DNA from: Bacteroidales bacterium
GTDB taxonomy: Bacteria; Bacteroidota; Bacteroidia; Bacteroidales; ML635J-15
Reading direction: 5' to 3'
DNA length: 64,000 nucleotides
NCBI GenBank assembly: GCA_017617125.1
Contig: JAFZWY010000052.1
Location: forward strand, 1,528-65,527
Shown: positions 62,904 through 64,000 of the stretch, piece after piece
How positions within the stretch are numbered: the first letter of the stretch is position 1
Layout: each line of letters opens with the position of its first letter
The notes under the pieces: generated by a model
Seen by the model: the letters and a program-made list of their open reading frames with translations, nothing else
Databases searched by the model: none
What the model was told of the DNA's origin: nothing
Translations under genes and position numbers: made by a program

Positions 62904-64000
62904 TTAGTACATCATTCCAAACAGCCACAGAGGAATCTTATTGTCTATGCCGATTTCGATTCCGTCTGCCACAACAAAACTGCCTTTTACTCCGCTTATC
63001 TGCTTATACCCCTTTCCGTGCCCGCCAACCTCGAATACATAGTCGGAATTTACAAGAAAGTCGCCTTTTTGTGGCATGGCAATGCGATTTTCGAGCGAAA
63101 GCTGGTTGGCAAAGAATGTTTCCCGCACTGTGCCAGTCTCAACTTTCTCCGATAGAGCGTCCATTATGTTGGTGTTGCCGAACACAATCTTTTCGGGCTT
63201 CACAAGTTGTTTCAATCCTTTGTCTTCCGAATATATCATGCGTATTACGCCAGCCCTGTCGAGAAGGTCGAAAAGCCGCATAAGCTGGTTCCTGCCGATT
63301 TGCATCATCGTGCAAAGCGACTGGATGTTGAGCGTATAAGGAACCGTCTCTGCCAGAATCACAAGCAGTTGCTTGGCCTTTTTCAGCGAGGCATACTCTA
63401 TTTCGGTTACGGCAGGAATGTCGTTGTCTATGATGGTATTTACAACTTGCTGAACTTTTGTGAGATATGTGATTTCCGAACTTCCCCTGTAGTATGGATA
63501 GTAGCCCCGTTTCAAATACTTCTCGAATTTAGGAAGCACTTTGCTTTTGGCGGTAATATGCGCTGCGATTTCGTAGTGCGACTTTATGATTTCTGACAGC
63601 GAATACACCTTGTCGAAATGCTCGCCTTCAAAGTTCAGGAACTCTCTGAACGACAGTCCGTGCATTTCGTAGATTACGCATCTCCTTGACAGGTCGGCTA
63701 TGGAATTGTCGATTTCGAGTAGCGATGAGCCAGTGAACACAATGTGCATATTGGGGTACGAGTCGTATATGTTTTTCACTTCTATCGACCAGTTGGGATA
63801 CCGGTGAACCTCGTCAAGGAAAAGGTATTCGCCACCATGTGCATTATGGTAGTCGGCAAGTTCGACCAATGTGTGCGCAGTAAACCAAATATTGTCAAGC
63901 GACACATACAGGGCTTTGCGTCTGTCGGCGATTTTCAGTTTGATGTATTGGAGCATTATCGTGGTTTTTCCGACACCCCGCGCACCCTTTATGCCAATCA
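62904..64000 (-). CDS. AAA-type ATP-binding protein (AAA_14/DUF4143 family), N-terminus beyond the window edge
   Basis: The frame stays open past the track start. Bases 63957-64000 translate to IGIKGARGVGKTTIM (Walker A). The Walker B-like motif is YLFLDEVH. The C-terminal part is DUF4143-like. Confidence 0.75.
   Translation of the reverse strand, partial: IGIKGARGVGKTTIMLQYIKLKIADRRKALYVSLDNIWFTAHTLVELADYHNAHGGEYLFLDEVHRYPNWSIEVKNIYDSYPNMHIVFTGSSLLEIDNSIADLSRRCVIYEMHGLSFREFLNFEGEHFDKVYSLSEIIKSHYEIAAHITAKSKVLPKFEKYLKRGYYPYYRGSSEITYLTKVQQVVNTIIDNDIPAVTEIEYASLKKAKQLLVILAETVPYTLNIQSLCTMMQIGRNQLMRLFDLLDRAGVIRMIYSEDKGLKQLVKPEKIVFGNTNIMDALSEKVETGTVRETFFANQLSLENRIAMPQKGDFLVNSDYVFEVGGHGKGYKQISGVKGSFVVADGIEIGIDNKIPLWLFGMMY

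Overview
This 64-kb window looks like a chromosomal segment of a Bacteroidota (Bacteroidales-like) genome. The phylum call rests on recurrent TAnnTTTG -7 promoter boxes (often 22 nt before the ATG), T9SS C-terminal sorting domains, a DUF3078 barrel and a GlsA/GlsB-like lipid gene pair. All calls come from reading the ORF translations and the DNA by eye. No HMM, BLAST or folding was run, so every family name is motif-based.

About 44% of the window (11993-41127) is taken by two head-to-tail giant ORFs:
- A 4949-aa protein ending in a T9SS type-A CTD.
- A 4500-aa SprB-like protein ending in a T9SS type-B CTD. It is preceded by a small secreted protein and has no adjacent PorP/SprF-like gene.
- The two share an unassigned ~190-aa module. 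It occurs 8 times in canonical form plus 3 divergent copies in the first protein, and once as the N-terminal head of the second.

The ~900-bp region upstream of the first giant gene carries three separate elements: a phased direct-repeat array, a 329-bp palindromic element bounded by 19-bp inverted repeats, and a perfect 27-bp palindrome.

The flanks are mostly housekeeping genes: dnaE, fba, rpe, tRNA-Asn, acyl-CoA ligase, peptidases, MscS and an LpxL-like acyltransferase.

Other points worth a second look:
- An EF-G paralogue whose switch-II His is replaced by Met.
- A sigma-54 activator with no DNA-binding domain.
- A signal-peptide-bearing WD40-caspase overlapping a putative outer-membrane barrel gene by 1 nt (TAATG).
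- An AT-rich islet with two orphan secreted proteins.
- An SLT/LysM protein that lacks the catalytic Glu.
- A Fic/AAA-ATPase pair at the right edge.
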